This document shows, piece by piece, positions 25,258-41,220 of a stretch of 64,000 nt of DNA (position 1 is the stretch's first letter; every line of letters begins with the position of its first letter). The DNA lies in the NCBI GenBank assembly GCA_050084985.1, contig JBITNC010000002.1, forward strand, positions 5,456,001-5,520,000, given 5' to 3'. The DNA is from Nageia nagi (Eukaryota; Plantae; Pinophyta). Both the position numbers and the translations under genes were made by a program. The notes beneath the pieces were generated by a model that had not been told where the DNA came from, searched no databases, and was given only the letters and a program-made list of their open reading frames with translations.

Positions 25258-25260
25258 ATA

Positions 25261-25973
25261 TGTAGATGATAAAATGCAACCTTAATTGTGGTAAGGTGAT
25301 GCTAAGTTATATCTACTTTAATTATGAGAAAAATAACTTAATAGTTAGTGATGCCTAACAAATAAGATGTGTAAATGATGATAACTTGAAATAGTAAATG
25401 ATTAAAATGAAATGCCTTGGAACCTATGATATAATGGATTATAGATGCATACTTGTTACTTACTTGGTTGATGCAGATACTTCCAGAAAATAACGTGATT
25501 GATATAGATGCTTAAAGTGATATGACATATTTAACCTAACTTTGGCATTGATGGTAGTGCTAGGGCTTCTAAGGATATAGATCGCTAGGTATGGAATTAA
25601 TATCACTCGAACCTCCTCTAGGGATATGATGAAGAATGAACATATAGCTCTTGATGTATACCATATCTAATCTTGATAGGTGGTGTTTAAAAAACATCGA
25701 CAAGTTTTTGAGAGATATGCATAATCCTATCGATATGAAATCTCATAGTCTTCCCATGCATATGTTTCTATATTTATAAGCTCAAGAGATTACTTGAAAG
25801 CAACATTGCATCCTAGTGCAGACGGTAGCAATCCCTTGAACAAAATAAGAGAAAAATGCATAATATATAACTTAGATAGACCTTAATTGATAGTGACATT
25901 TAACATAATATCATATAGATAATAATATCCTAAGGGTTATATGATAACTAGTTTGATACCAAAAAGGGTGTCA
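25261..25973 (-). repeat. LTR copy B (5' LTR, next to the PBS)
   Basis: TGTAGATG...GGGTGTCA; homologous to 19590-20248. Confidence 0.8.
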
Positions 25974-26199
25974 AATTATTAATCGAGTTATTTGGTACAT
26001 GTTATAACATCATTTTATAGGTGATTGAGAACTTATCTCATCAATGATACATATATACCATCTCTAGGCTAGGACCAATTTATCATGCATTCCTTTTAAT
26101 TTATTATGTTATTAATATGATTCATATTCACCTCTTCCTTCACTTAGTAGTTCGCCTCAGTCAGATTGAGACATGCCAAATAATAGTTTGGAATCAGTT

Positions 26200-28690
26200 T
26201 CATGTGTTCATCTTCTTTTTGTTACAATAAATAAGACTTACATCTTTACACCCATTGTTTCTTATAAGTGTGAGTTATAATGGGATCTTCAATACTCTTT
26301 TAATCTATAATATAGTGATGATAGATAACATATTTCACATTTATTTACTATTAAATACTACTTTCAATCTATCCCCAATAATGAGTTGATATTTGAACAA
26401 TGTGATAGTATTTTTTATGGGCCCAACCATTTGGATTATGATGCCTTTTGATACCTATTGCAGTACACAAAACATGTTGTTCTTCTTATCTGCATCTAAA
26501 AGATTAATAATGTCATTGGTAACCTTCTTTTGAATCTCAATTAGTTATTCCTTTACAATAGTCAAGTCTTCTTCTTTGGCTGTAAGTTATACATCTTTGG
26601 ATTCAATTACTTCATCTTTTCCACTTAGGAGTATATTCAATTCAACCAACTCTTCCTTTTTTACATTCAATTATTCTTGTAAAGTATCAATTTTTGTTTG
26701 TGTTTATTTATATCTAAATAAACACAAATAAAACACAAAAATGTTATTTATGTGAGGTAAATACCTATATATATTTAGAAAGCTACCATTTTGTAGTATA
26801 ATACTTACAAATCTTATCACTATAATCAATGGGAGTAGTGAATGGGATACCGACCAAGATTTTTGCACCCTCTACATCTTCTACCGAGGCATCTACAAGA
26901 CCTACACTAGGGGCATCCTCACCCACATTACCCTCATCATTCCCCATGTATACATCCTCATCTTCCTCAGCCTCCATGTCATCCTCATTGCCCTCTTCCT
27001 CATCTTATCCTTTCTTAGCCACCTTAAGCTCCTCATCATCATATAGGCAAAGGGGAAGTGGTTGATATGCATCCCATTATATAATATATACATTTGTGAA
27101 CTTTTTTCACTACAACATCATCATCATCACCATATCTTGAGTCATCATCCTATGGGGGGACCAATTCATATTCCAATAGGGTACTAACTCAAAATCATAT
27201 GGGTCTACTACACATCTCATGTGCACTCGAATCATAGTATGACATGGAGAGGTATGGTCTGCCCATGATTGAACTAAAAAATCACATGGTTGGGCCTATA
27301 TGGATCAACGAATACCTTCCTTGTTTAGAGATAACAAGGAAAACATTGCCAACTAATATTATAAGTTCTCTCATCCTATGATGACCACCTATATGGTCTA
27401 TATACTACATCATTAGGAACTATAAGATCAACAACATTCTGCCATTGCCCCAAAGAGGGGTGCACACATGAAGTTTTACAATGAATGGACCATGAACACC
27501 AATGTGGAAGATTATCATCCATGACATCTATAGGAAACTCAAATAATTGAAAGGCTACTATATGAGCATATATATGAGCTACACTCCTCCCATTTTTCAT
27601 CGTAGATATGGAATTATACAAATCGTGATAAATCTAGGCAAGTATTCAAGGGGCCCAAGCAAATTTCCCCCCTTCACAATCTTCTTCACTACATGGATCA
27701 AGGTACAAGGAAAGACTTCATGGTTTTTTATTAGGATATATAATACTATCTATGCATGCACCTATGATCAATCTTAGGCATCTCTTACATACATGCTTCT
27801 TTTGAATAGATTTATGGATAAAGGCACCTTTCTTGATGATATGAAAGTCATCAATACCTGTTAAGCACTCAGAATCTTCTGCCTTACCAACTACAATGTG
27901 ATTATGCTTAATATGCATTGAGGTCCCTTTCACACAAATCGTCAAGATTCGATGAATGTCCTTGAAGGTATGAATAATTTCACCTACAGGTAGGTGAAAG
28001 GTATTGGTCTTCTCAAACCATGGCTCAAACAAAGATGTCAACATGTGTTTATCCAAACATACATATGGAGCCTCAAGTAAATACCACACACATATACTAT
28101 TCAAAAGATCATGCTCATCCAAGCTCAAGTCTCCAAACTAAGTCTTAGTAGTTTCCTAATTCTTGCTTTGTGGCTTTGTAATTATAAAATGTGATTAGGC
28201 TTGGAAAAACAATTGAAGAACAATAAGTAAGTATGCATGTTTATATAGTCAATTTTTTAATTTTGTATCATTACTTGTATGAATAAAGTCAAAACATGAT
28301 TATTTGCTAAGAACATAAAGGGCACATTCACTATAATCTTAGTGTAAATGTTGGGAAGCAATGCATCCTAGTGCTAACCCTGGTCATCTTTGAACAAAAC
28401 ATGAAAAATATTTCATGCACCATTTAAATGTAAAAATAATGGTCCAAAAGCAATCTCATCCCAAACTAACTACCCTAAATACAAAAACTTCTAAGACCTA
28501 GGATTTGATATGATTTTAATATTTAAATTTGATTTAGCCTACTTTTTCTCAAACAAACTTGAAATTTACTGTGAAAAAAGCTATGAACTACAAATTTAGG
28601 GCTTTAGATACTCACCACATGAGATGAATCAATATTTGAATACAAAAACTAGGCTCGATGATCAACCTACTATCATATCCTTGTGTCCAT
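26200..28690 (-). pseudogene. TE-borne plant mobile domain (PMD, aminotransferase-like) pseudogene with introns
   Basis: LTSLFEPWFEKTNTFHLPVGEIIHTFKDIHRILTICVKG matches the PMD signature L.ALVERW..ET.TFHLP.GEMT.TL.DV..IL.L.V.G; then VVYRPY, an acidic tract and a coiled coil; minus-strand donors GTGAGT (28615) and GTAAGT (26808) with AG acceptors at 28200 and 26714. Confidence 0.8.
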
Positions 28691-29279
28691 GATTTAAAAT
28701 CACACAAAAACACATGATAGATTAACCACAAACTATGGATAACTCTCATAACAAACTCACACCTTGAAAAGACTTAGAAGCCTCCAACTAGGATACACAA
28801 GATTACAAATGATAATTGAAAATAATTTCCAACCTTTTAAACCAAAAATAGGACACAAATTTAAAGATAAATACAAGTTTTTGAAAAAATTAAATGCCAT
28901 TTCACTTGAAATTGCACTTATGACATCTCCATGGAAAGATAAGACATTCGATAGAAAATTCATATCAAAAGCTCAATGCAAGCTAGTGTCAACACTATTG
29001 ATAATATTGATGCTAGAATGTTAAGGAATAAATCAAAATATATTTTAGGTTTCTCAAGTATCATTGTAGAAAAATTTCAAATTTCATATTTAAAAGTTAA
29101 AAGTATAAAAGCAATATAAAGTAGGGTTGTCATATTACAAATATCTCAAAACGTTAATGGTAAGGGAAAATATCAGGTAAAGGTAGGTATAAAAAAAGGC
29201 CTAGGGGCATGTCCTAAGACACCTACATGAAATTTTTTCTCATCCTATATTTTTATTCAATGTACACTACTATGTTTAC

Positions 29280-29580
29280 AAGTTCAAATGATTTTAAAAG
29301 ATCTTTAAAGTCCTCATGTTCACATGATTTTGAATGTTCTATAAGTTCTCTATGTTCACATGATTTCAAAGTTCAAATGATTTTTTTATGATCATCCCAA
29401 TGGTACCTAGGGCAAAGGGTACCCATAATAACAAGTTTATTGTAAAGATTTCAAAGCATCCCAACGATACCTAAGGAAAAGGGTAACCATAATGATAAGT
29501 TCATTGTGAAGTTTTTATGACCCCAAAAAATATTTAGGGAAAAAGATAGACACGATGATAAGTTCATTGTGAGGATTCAT
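29280..29580. repeat. Degenerate tandem arrays: gttca(c/a)atgattt units, then ~3 copies of a 62-bp unit
   Basis: catccca..g.tacct.gg..aaagggta.ccataat.a.aagtt.attgt repeated about 3 times at 29390-29575. Confidence 0.75.
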
Positions 29581-29599
29581 TTTTTTACTTTGGTTGCAT

Positions 29600-29960
29600 A
29601 AAGTATCACTTGTGATTACCTTTGTTGGTTATGTTATAATTAACCATCATTGCTTAGAACTCATTGATTTGTCATTATGATCCACCTCACATTCATGATT
29701 GGGGCACATTGTGTTATTTACCATCTTAATATGAGTTATGACTGCATTTCATTATCTTCAACTTTGTTTTAGTAGTTGAAAATTTGTTAGCATTATTCGC
29801 CATGCTTTAAGACTAGTGAACTTCAAATTGTTGACATGGTATCAGAGCTTCATGCCATTGTTCACCATTCTTGGAGTATGACAAACTTCAATATAATATA
29901 TTTTTTGATGATGGTGAACCTCAAGTAACTGATGATGGTGTAGTTTGGAAGCATTCTTTC
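29600..29960 (+). mobile_element. Truncated LTR 3' end with a perfect iMet PBS
   Basis: ...GTTGACA (29836) directly followed by TGGTATCAGAGC (29837-29848); outer limits uncertain. Confidence 0.6.
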
Positions 29961-30044
29961 ATCATTTTTTTTGTAGAAAATATATTTTCTACAAAAAATA
30001 TGATATAATAATGCTTCTAGACTATGCCTATTTAAAAAATAATA

Positions 30045-30310
30045 ATTACTAGGTGGAGGTTTAAAACCACCCCCTTAAATACTAAGGTGGCAGTTTCAAA
30101 TCATTCCCTTATATTTTAAGTAGGCAATTTCTAATTACCTCATTAGGAACTAAGGCGGTGGTTTAAGGGATCATACTTAGGTGGTTATGAACCACCCTCA
30201 CAGAGTTCCAACTTTTAGCGATACTGAATTAGATGGTGGGTGGATAACCGTTGGTAAAGTATTTTGGAGGGGGTCTAAAATTGCCTTTGAATGTCCTTTT
30301 TGGTCTAGTG
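30045..30310. mobile_element. Probable CACTA transposon right end with subterminal repeats
   Basis: Ends ...CCTTTTTGGTCTAGTG (reverse complement CACTAGACCAAAAAGG), preceded by direct and inverted (a)ggtgg..gttt...accaccc repeats; matching left end not found. Confidence 0.5.
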
Positions 30311-31940
30311 TTTTTTTCATCTTAATCTCATGTCACCTCTATTTTACTTCATTATTCAAAACCATAAAACTTATCCCACATTTGCCAAACCACTTAATAG
30401 GCATACCTTTTATACCATTTCATGTGACCCATAAGGTAACCTTATTGGCTTCCTAATGAATAGTAACATATTCTCCATAGTGATAATGTGGGGCCACCAT
30501 TAACAAGTGTAAGAAGCTTATCCCCTATCCCCCCTCATTTTTACATATTCATAATCACACATTTAATTCATCATTACACCATAATACACTCAACTAACAA
30601 TCTTCACACCAAAGGATATTCTATCCATTCAGTCTTTAAGCTTAATTATGGAAATGGCTTGTAAACTCCACATGAATATCAAATAGATAATTATTCCATC
30701 ACTCTTTACATTTATCATATATTCATAATAATTTATTATTTAAATACCATACCTTCCACCCCACATTCTTGAAGTTCTGTGACATACACATCTTTTTATA
30801 TCATCATGATAATCTTTTAAAATAAAATGATTGATGTGCTTAAATCAACATCTAATTTCCTCATAGGATGGTGGACCCCACTATTTGTTCACTCAAGTTG
30901 ATTTTAAATACACCACATCATATTATTTATCCCATACTAATGAAATATAGTGCTCCTAACCCTCTTTCTCCCACTTTGTTTATTCCATATGAGAGACTTA
31001 TGGGTTCTCTCATGTGAACAACTAACTCCTCACACGCTATAATAGATATTCACCATGAAAGGGCACAAACATTATTTTGTTTACAACAACCAACATGATC
31101 CATATTTCATTCAAAATATTCTCTCACATGACGACATCCAACAAATGATAAATAATATTTTGACAATAATAATAATCCTCAACCATCCAACTTCTAATTT
31201 ATTTTTGTTTAACTCTCTCAATTACAACACATAGTCCTAATAGTTACAAGTGTATTCCCTCTTTCTTTTAATAACTCTCAATTTTTGTAATGCAACATTA
31301 ATCTCTAACATAACATCCTCAACCAAAATCATAGTAATATCATACCTAAAGGCATTTGTGGAATTCTATCTTCTTCACACCACCTTTCACACTTACCTCT
31401 AAGCCTTGTTCGAAAACTTCTTGATATCAAATTACATTTCAAACTAAATATTTACCCTATTCTATGATTCAAAAACCATTTAAAACAAACACAATCAATT
31501 TTGCTAATACCCAAACTTGAGAGGATATATTTATGATAATTCTTGTAAAATATAAACTACAACTCAACTTCCCTTTCAAATATCCCTTAACAATTAAGAT
31601 AAAAGTATATATCTAATTACAAAGAACCCAATTTGAACATATTCGATACAAGATTTAAGGAGGTGATAAACTTTCTATACTTAGGGCATCATCCATTGGC
31701 CTATAGTTTTCTTCCCATCCTTTATCCATACTTCCATCCTTATTTTAACCTTGCTACCATCTTAAGTTACCCTTTGTTAATCCACATAGCCTATTGCACC
31801 ATGAATTTCGTTAAGTGCTTCATTGACATTTCTCATTTATTCATCCACCAACTCACCACTTAAGAGGGAATATATTGAACCAATCAAATTTTGTATATCT
31901 CAAACATACCTAATATCCAAACACCTAATCTTATAATTGA

Positions 31941-32786
31941 TGTATATTTCAAAAGGCCTTTCATATCATAGTTACTAGCCCTTCTCTACTAGGGAAAATG
32001 ATGGAATTGAAGGATTCCATAACCCAAGAACACTTGTAGGACTTCATCAAATTATAGCAATCAATCATTCTAAACTAAGAACTCAAGAAGCATTCTCACA
32101 TAGTAACACAAGATGTATAGTTGTTCCTCCATCACATGGAGTACTCCACTTTAGGTCTCCTTTTCACTATACTCCCAAACAATGTACATTCATATGGATC
32201 TCAACCATGACTCTCCTTAGCATGAAGCATAGCTTGCATGCTTAAGACCTTGCTAACTAAGATCTATACTAATAACTTCCCATCTTCATCTCCCTTACAA
32301 ATCTTCACAAAATGAGCTCCTTTTATAGGACTCAAAACTAACCTTAAGTAGTTAACTAACCTAACTACAATAGGTTAGTTAACTCTAAGTTACAATATAG
32401 AATTATATTTAATTGTTAGTGGAGACACTATTCCACCTAATAATATTATTTGAAGTTGGGTGGAGAATACTATTCCACCCACCATGCATGAACCTCATTA
32501 TCACCTAATAACCAAATTTAGGTGATTATTAATATGTTAAGCATATTAATTACGTAATACCCTAAATAACATTATAATTCTAACATAAAAGGTAGAAGCT
32601 TAACTAATAAATCAACCTACTTACTTCAAAAGGATCCATATCACACATGTATAATGGTAAATAGAGTAAGCCCATGAGAATCACATCAGGTGGGTCCCAA
32701 GTATTTTGAAGTAAAAATTCAGCTTAAATAATGTAAAATGCAAATTCTAGTGGATGGCATCCCTTCCAAGATCGGGGCATCTTACA
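31941..32786 (-). mobile_element. Short (~255 bp net) solo LTR carrying a nested solo LTR
   Basis: TGTA...GGGGCATCTTACA termini; 4-bp flanking repeat TTGA (31937-31940, 32787-32790). Confidence 0.55.
31999..32585 (-). mobile_element. Solo LTR (587 bp) related to the copia-family LTR at 59328-59798
   Basis: Minus strand starts TGTTAGAATTATAATG and ends ATGGAATCCTTCAATTCCATCA, both matching the 59328-59798 termini; TSD GAAAA/TAAAA (4 of 5); cctataaaagg TATA. Confidence 0.75.
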
Positions 32787-35172
32787 TTGATAAAAACTTG
32801 AGATAATTTTATATCTTCTCTACTTGAACAATCACTATCAAATCACCCATTCCATTTTAAGTATTTTTTGGCATTGCATTGTATCTTTGCATAATACAAT
32901 CTATAAAAAGAAAAATGTAGACATTAAAAATGAACACCTTGTTCTATCCATAAACACATTAAAATTCAATTTAGATAATTTATACCCACCTCATTAATAT
33001 TTCACCCACATTTAAATTCTTTTTATACCATCAAATGGTAAGAAAAGATCAAGGATTAATTTGGAATTAATTACCATTAATCTAATTTCCTTTTCCGCTA
33101 ATATCTATGGTACAATTTCACATAGATAACTCCTTTGCAAGTTTTTTTATCATCCTACCACCATAAAATTATACAATTTACATAGAGCCTTGAATGCTGC
33201 ATCTTATCCTCAATGTTGTGTTACCTACCTCAGTATTACACCCTCCAATCAACTTGCAACTCAAATCCTGCCTATCTATCACTAGTCTGCACTAGATGTA
33301 GAGTGTGATATTTTGAAACTAATGCTTACATCATTTAATATAGTGATGTGACATATATTAAATCTACATAATGCAACATCAAGACATCTAAAGAAAAGAA
33401 ATTTTAATCTATCATTCGAACAAGAACCAACTCTACCCAAATAAAAAAAAGATAAAAACAACAATCTAATACAATCAAATATAACTCCCCATATTAGGTT
33501 TATTTTTATATATAACTTTTAATTAAATGCCTTAATTGCATTTTAGGGGGTGACATCCGCCAAGGAAGTCAATTATTTTTGGGACTAAGGCTTTAAGGGC
33601 TTAAGCAACCCTCAAAACCATGTAAAGTCTATTAATGTGTTTTGTATTGTATTTATGCTCTTAATGATAATCAAATAAACACATAAATTCAAGGCATGAA
33701 ATTAAACTCAAAGATTAATAAAAGGTAATCCCATAATCTCCATCAATAACTCCAAGATGATGATGATGATATATATATATATTTGGTGTCTTAAAACCCA
33801 AACTCCTTTTGTGGATGTAGGAGGAAAATTAAAATAGAAAGAACTTGTACTTGTGTACCTATTTTGTTATATACATCTTGTTGATAGTAGGAATATGAAC
33901 TTAAGGGGTGCAAGCTCCATCCCCTATCTATATATTATACCATTACTTGTATCATAACAATAAATATGGATGTAACATATAATGTGTGTGGAATAGAAGT
34001 GAAAATTTATAATATAAATTCTTGTTTTCTAACTATGTTTTTTGTCCATACTTGTTAACAATTTATCGTTACTCTTTAAGCTCATTGAGACTATTTTATG
34101 CACTTTCAAGATGTAAAACTTGTATTCATGAATACCCTTTTTCACATAGATTTCTATATAACTTTTCTCATCCCTTTTCTTGCACTTTTTTAAATTGCCA
34201 AGGTTTAACCTATTATGCTTATTTTTAGAGGGTTTCAGAACATGTGGAACTTGTTTGAGCCTTCTTAGATCTTGTTTTGATAATTTCTCATAGTGTTATC
34301 ACTAATAAGCAATAACTCCCAAAGTGTTATCACTACAAATAAACAAAAAAAATGAAACAATAATTTAAAACTCCTTCATTTTCTACCCATTTCTAACTAC
34401 TTTTTAAACTTCCTAAACTAAAAATTCTAGCTTTAAAAGTTTTCCCAGGCCCTCACTTTATTAATATCAAAACCTAATATGTGCAATCTAAGACACCTGT
34501 AAGGAAAAACCTTCATTAATTGAATATATTCTTGATGATTGTGAAATCTAAAAAGACCATAGGATCAATTACTCATTGATTTATGATTATTCCACAACAT
34601 CTATCTAAACACAATCTTATAATTTTAGTTTTCTTGATTCTTGTATATTTTATTAGCTTTTTCTTATTTATGATAATACCGTAAGTATTATTGTGAAGTC
34701 AAATTTTATCTTAGTTCATTAGTAACTAGTATATTAATTTTCTTCCATTTTTAGGTATATTTATTGATTCTAGACATACTCATCACTTTGAGATTATAAA
34801 TAAAAATCTTTTAAAGAAAGAGCACTACATTTTGACTTTTTAGTTAAGTAATGAAACCTATGTTTTTACAAACTTTACTTTTTCAATTTAAAACATAATT
34901 ATATATGCTATGCGATATGCATATTTAATTGTTATGTTATTAGAATAAATGATAAAAATTTTCATCATACAAAGAAGCTTTCTTCCTAGATTTTTCACCT
35001 ATTCTTTAATATCTTTTTTTTTTTTTAATATATAAATTTTTAAAAAGCTAAATTTACCCACAATTTTATCATTTTAAATGGATTATAAAGATATATGTAA
35101 TAATCAAATAAAGGTATTTAAGTGGTGAAAGAATATCAAATCTCATCATTCATTTTTGCACTACACAAATTA

Positions 35173-35271
35173 TAGCAAAGTGATGTCATTTTGTAATGGA
35201 ATGTGTAGCAAAGTGATGCTATGTTGTAATGGAATGTGTAGCAAAGTGATGCCATGTTATAATGGAATGTG
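35173..35271. repeat. 33-bp minisatellite, 3 copies
   Basis: tagcaaagtgatg..at.tt.taatggaatgtg repeated 3 times. Confidence 0.9.
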
Positions 35272-36944
35272 TAATGTTGGACATAGCGTTTTGGATATTG
35301 GAACTTTAGATAATACATAAGTATAATTTTAAATGGCATCTTATATATTTGTATCTTAAACGGAGGATGATATGAAAATACTTATTGTGGGTCCCTCTTA
35401 AGTCAACGAGGATCCAAAGGAATGAGAAGTTGATAGTGATTTAGAAATTTTTTATCTTTCAATACATAATCAAAGTTCTTAATTGAATAAGATATGGTAA
35501 ACAATAAGCAATCATTAAAATGAAAAAAATTACGTGACAATTGAATTCTATAATAAAATTTATAATACTAATAATATAAAAAGTCAAGAATATAAAATAT
35601 CAATATACTAAAAATAATATAAATCTTACATACTAAATACTAAAATATATAAAAACATAATTTATCACATATGGAAAATATAAGTCTAAAAGTTTTCCAT
35701 ATATCATTAAGCAATGCTTATTCTAAATTTCTTATGTAAAGAATTAAAATATGTATAACAAATTTTATTATCATATAAATTTTTTAGTATCTTAAAATCA
35801 AAGGATTTTCTTATACATAGACCCAAAACTTATTTAGAATGTTGCATGTTATGGACAACTACAATTATGGCAACCATAGTTCTAATCATTGATTTCTTTT
35901 ATTTATCATATTATAAAAATATAAAATCTACATCTAAAAATATAAATTTTATATTTGAATTAAATATCTACATTGTAACTTTATAATTAAAATATAGAAT
36001 CTAATTCTAAAATATATATATCTTGAAATTAGATTATGTGTGAAGATATGAAACAATCCTTAATTGATCTATACCTTAAAGTTGACAAGTATAAACCTTA
36101 AAATAACTAATCTAATTCTAAAATATATACCTTGGAATTAAATTTCCCTGAAGGTTCTCTTCTTTACTTTTTTGAAAGTGTTTATACCCAAATCTTCTAT
36201 TACATCTATATAGCTGTGAACATTTTATTGTTAATTTTTTTATAATACAAAAAATTAAACACTATAATGTGTTCCATAAGAAAGTAAGAATGTCAAAACG
36301 TGTTGTATGTGCTACCATGAGTACAGTAAATACCAAGTCATGTAGTAGTTGCAGCCATAGCAAAGATATTTGAGTAAAAGTTGTTAAAATATTTGATCCA
36401 TATTTGTGAGATGCTTGGTTTGCAAGGAGTTATGCCAAAGGTTAATTTCAATATTTGAATAATTTAATGGATCCACTCCAATCAATTAACGATGTGAGAT
36501 CACTACCCTTCTGAGTCTTCATATGGATTGCAATATCTATTCAGAATAACAGCAAGTGCACTCAACAAGGCTCTTGAAACTGCTTTCATCGAAATCCATG
36601 GCTTAGGATTTTCTCAATCTTCAGGGAAACGTGAAGAATATGAAGTCTCAACGTTTCGTGACGCCAAAAACTGCCATCAATGCACACAAACTTTAGCTTT
36701 CAAGATACAAAACAACTTATATATATCTTGCTATTGGGTAGTTTAGTGGTTGAGATGGGAGATCGTCATGCAAATGATGTAGGCTCAAATTTCAATAGCT
36801 TCCAAGGCTTTGATTCGAATTTTGTGTTTTGAGTTAAATAGGCTTTCGATTAACAACCTTCAAGAAAGTCGAAGGTTGTTTAAATCTCTTTAAATTATCT
36901 GAGATTACAAAATAATTAGCTCAAGACCCAAACTCCTGATTACC

Positions 36945-39895
<2,951 letters not shown>

Positions 39896-40090
39896 AAAAT
39901 TGTATAACTTGCTTGTAGTATAGAGATTGATTGTTAATTTGTTTTAATTATTCTTGACGCTATCTGGTCACCTGAAGTGTGGGCTTTGCGTGTACGAATA
40001 GAATTGAATCCAATTTTTGGATAAGGAGTACAGAGAATCTGTAAGCTAATGGAAGATTGGTATTCTTTTGGAATGGTGTGGAAGTTCGTA

Positions 40091-40117
<27 letters not shown>
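40091..40117. repeat. (AT)13 microsatellite downstream of the BGLU stop
   Basis: Seen directly. Confidence 0.95.
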
Positions 40118-40122
<5 letters not shown>

Positions 40123-40979
40123 ATAAAGATAGGAAGTCAAGTTTATTTGTTCAATCAAGCAAAGTATCTTCTTAAATGTGATGGACGTATCAGTCCATAT
40201 CCAGAAACTCAAGACTTTAAATAAAATGTTTGGATGCATCTGGTTTCATTTGTAGTGCTTCATCTACTTAACAGTATTTTTTTATTTATTTGAAGGTTTT
40301 AGCTATTCAATATTTTTATGGTGTTCTTTCACAAGGGGGAGTTGGGATTAATCTTTCACATCTTAAATTTCTTTTATCGTAATTTTTTTAACTTGCATTA
40401 TTTTTTTATTTACATATTTTATTTATATTTTTCATATTAAAAATGTTAGAAGATTTAAACTTGAACGTTCCACATCTAAATATTTTCAATATTCATTTAC
40501 TTTCTAACTTCTTTTAATCTCATTACTAAGAATTATAAGTTTTAATTATATTATAATTTAAAATTTATAAAAATAATTTGAATATAAATGAACAATCAGA
40601 AACTTTTAAATATAAATGATAATTATTAGTTAGATAAAGATAAATTATATGAATGTTCATTGGAGATCAACTGATTTATGGGACGGACAATTGTAGTAGG
40701 CCATTATATAACATGTATGTTTCGTATTGGGTATGGAACAAGGAACATAGGTCACAACAAGATCAACACATGATATTTTTAATCAATTAATATCATGACT
40801 TAAAAATTGATATTTTTAAGTTAAAAATGATATGAAAGTTTTTTTTTTTCAATTAAAGGTGTTATTTTTTTGCTTTTTATACATTTTTAAATCAAATAAA
40901 AATAGAGCATAAACCATTTCTATTTATGAGAGTGAAATAACTATATTTATATGAATAAAGATTGAAAAAGTATCTAGAC

Positions 40980-41220
40980 TATAAACATTTACTTCACCAT
41001 TTTGATTGCTGATTAATTATGTTATCTTATCACATATGAGACGGTGTGTATGTTATCTTACCATGTTGAGGCAGTGTGTCAGAAGTTTTAAGATATTTTT
41101 GTGACTTTGACATTTGTTTGGTCAGAGTGTAGGCACTCAAGGTGTAATGTGTCCACCCTTACTTTTTTGTATGGTTAAGTCTTTTATACTTAATACAAAG
41201 CTTTATCATTTACAAAAAAA
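40980..41220 (+). mobile_element. Short poly(A)-tailed retroposed fragment (5'-truncated LINE 3' end or SINE)
   Basis: Ends aatacaa...tttacAAAAAAA; flanked by ATCTAGAC at 40972-40979 and 41221-41228. Confidence 0.55.

Larger units (their letters stand above)
19590..25973 (-). mobile_element. Tat/Ogre-like gypsy element lacking pol: LTR-PBS(Trp)-gag-[antisense PMD-gene fragment]-LTR
   Basis: Diverged direct repeats 19590-20248 and 25261-25973 (TGT.GATG...GGGTGTCA); PBS at 25245-25257; gag at 22780-23620; no RT/RH/INT between gag and the left LTR; no TSD or PPT recognised. Confidence 0.65.
30320..33555 (-). mobile_element. Highly degenerate gypsy-like remnant hosting nested solo LTRs
   Basis: Purine-rich minus strand with faint gag/protease-like patches; LTR-like terminus GGGGGTGACA at 33555. 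Confidence 0.4.

Noticed and set aside
19585-25978. TSD for the Trp-PBS element
   Set aside because: Left flank AAAGT does not match right flank AATTA, so none is claimed
26829-27065. Ser-rich plus-strand ORF
   Set aside because: Antisense shadow of the Asp/Glu tract on the minus strand
31941-32786. Cassandra TRIM (5S-containing LTR)
   Set aside because: No 5S rRNA A/C-box similarity in the rejoined short LTR
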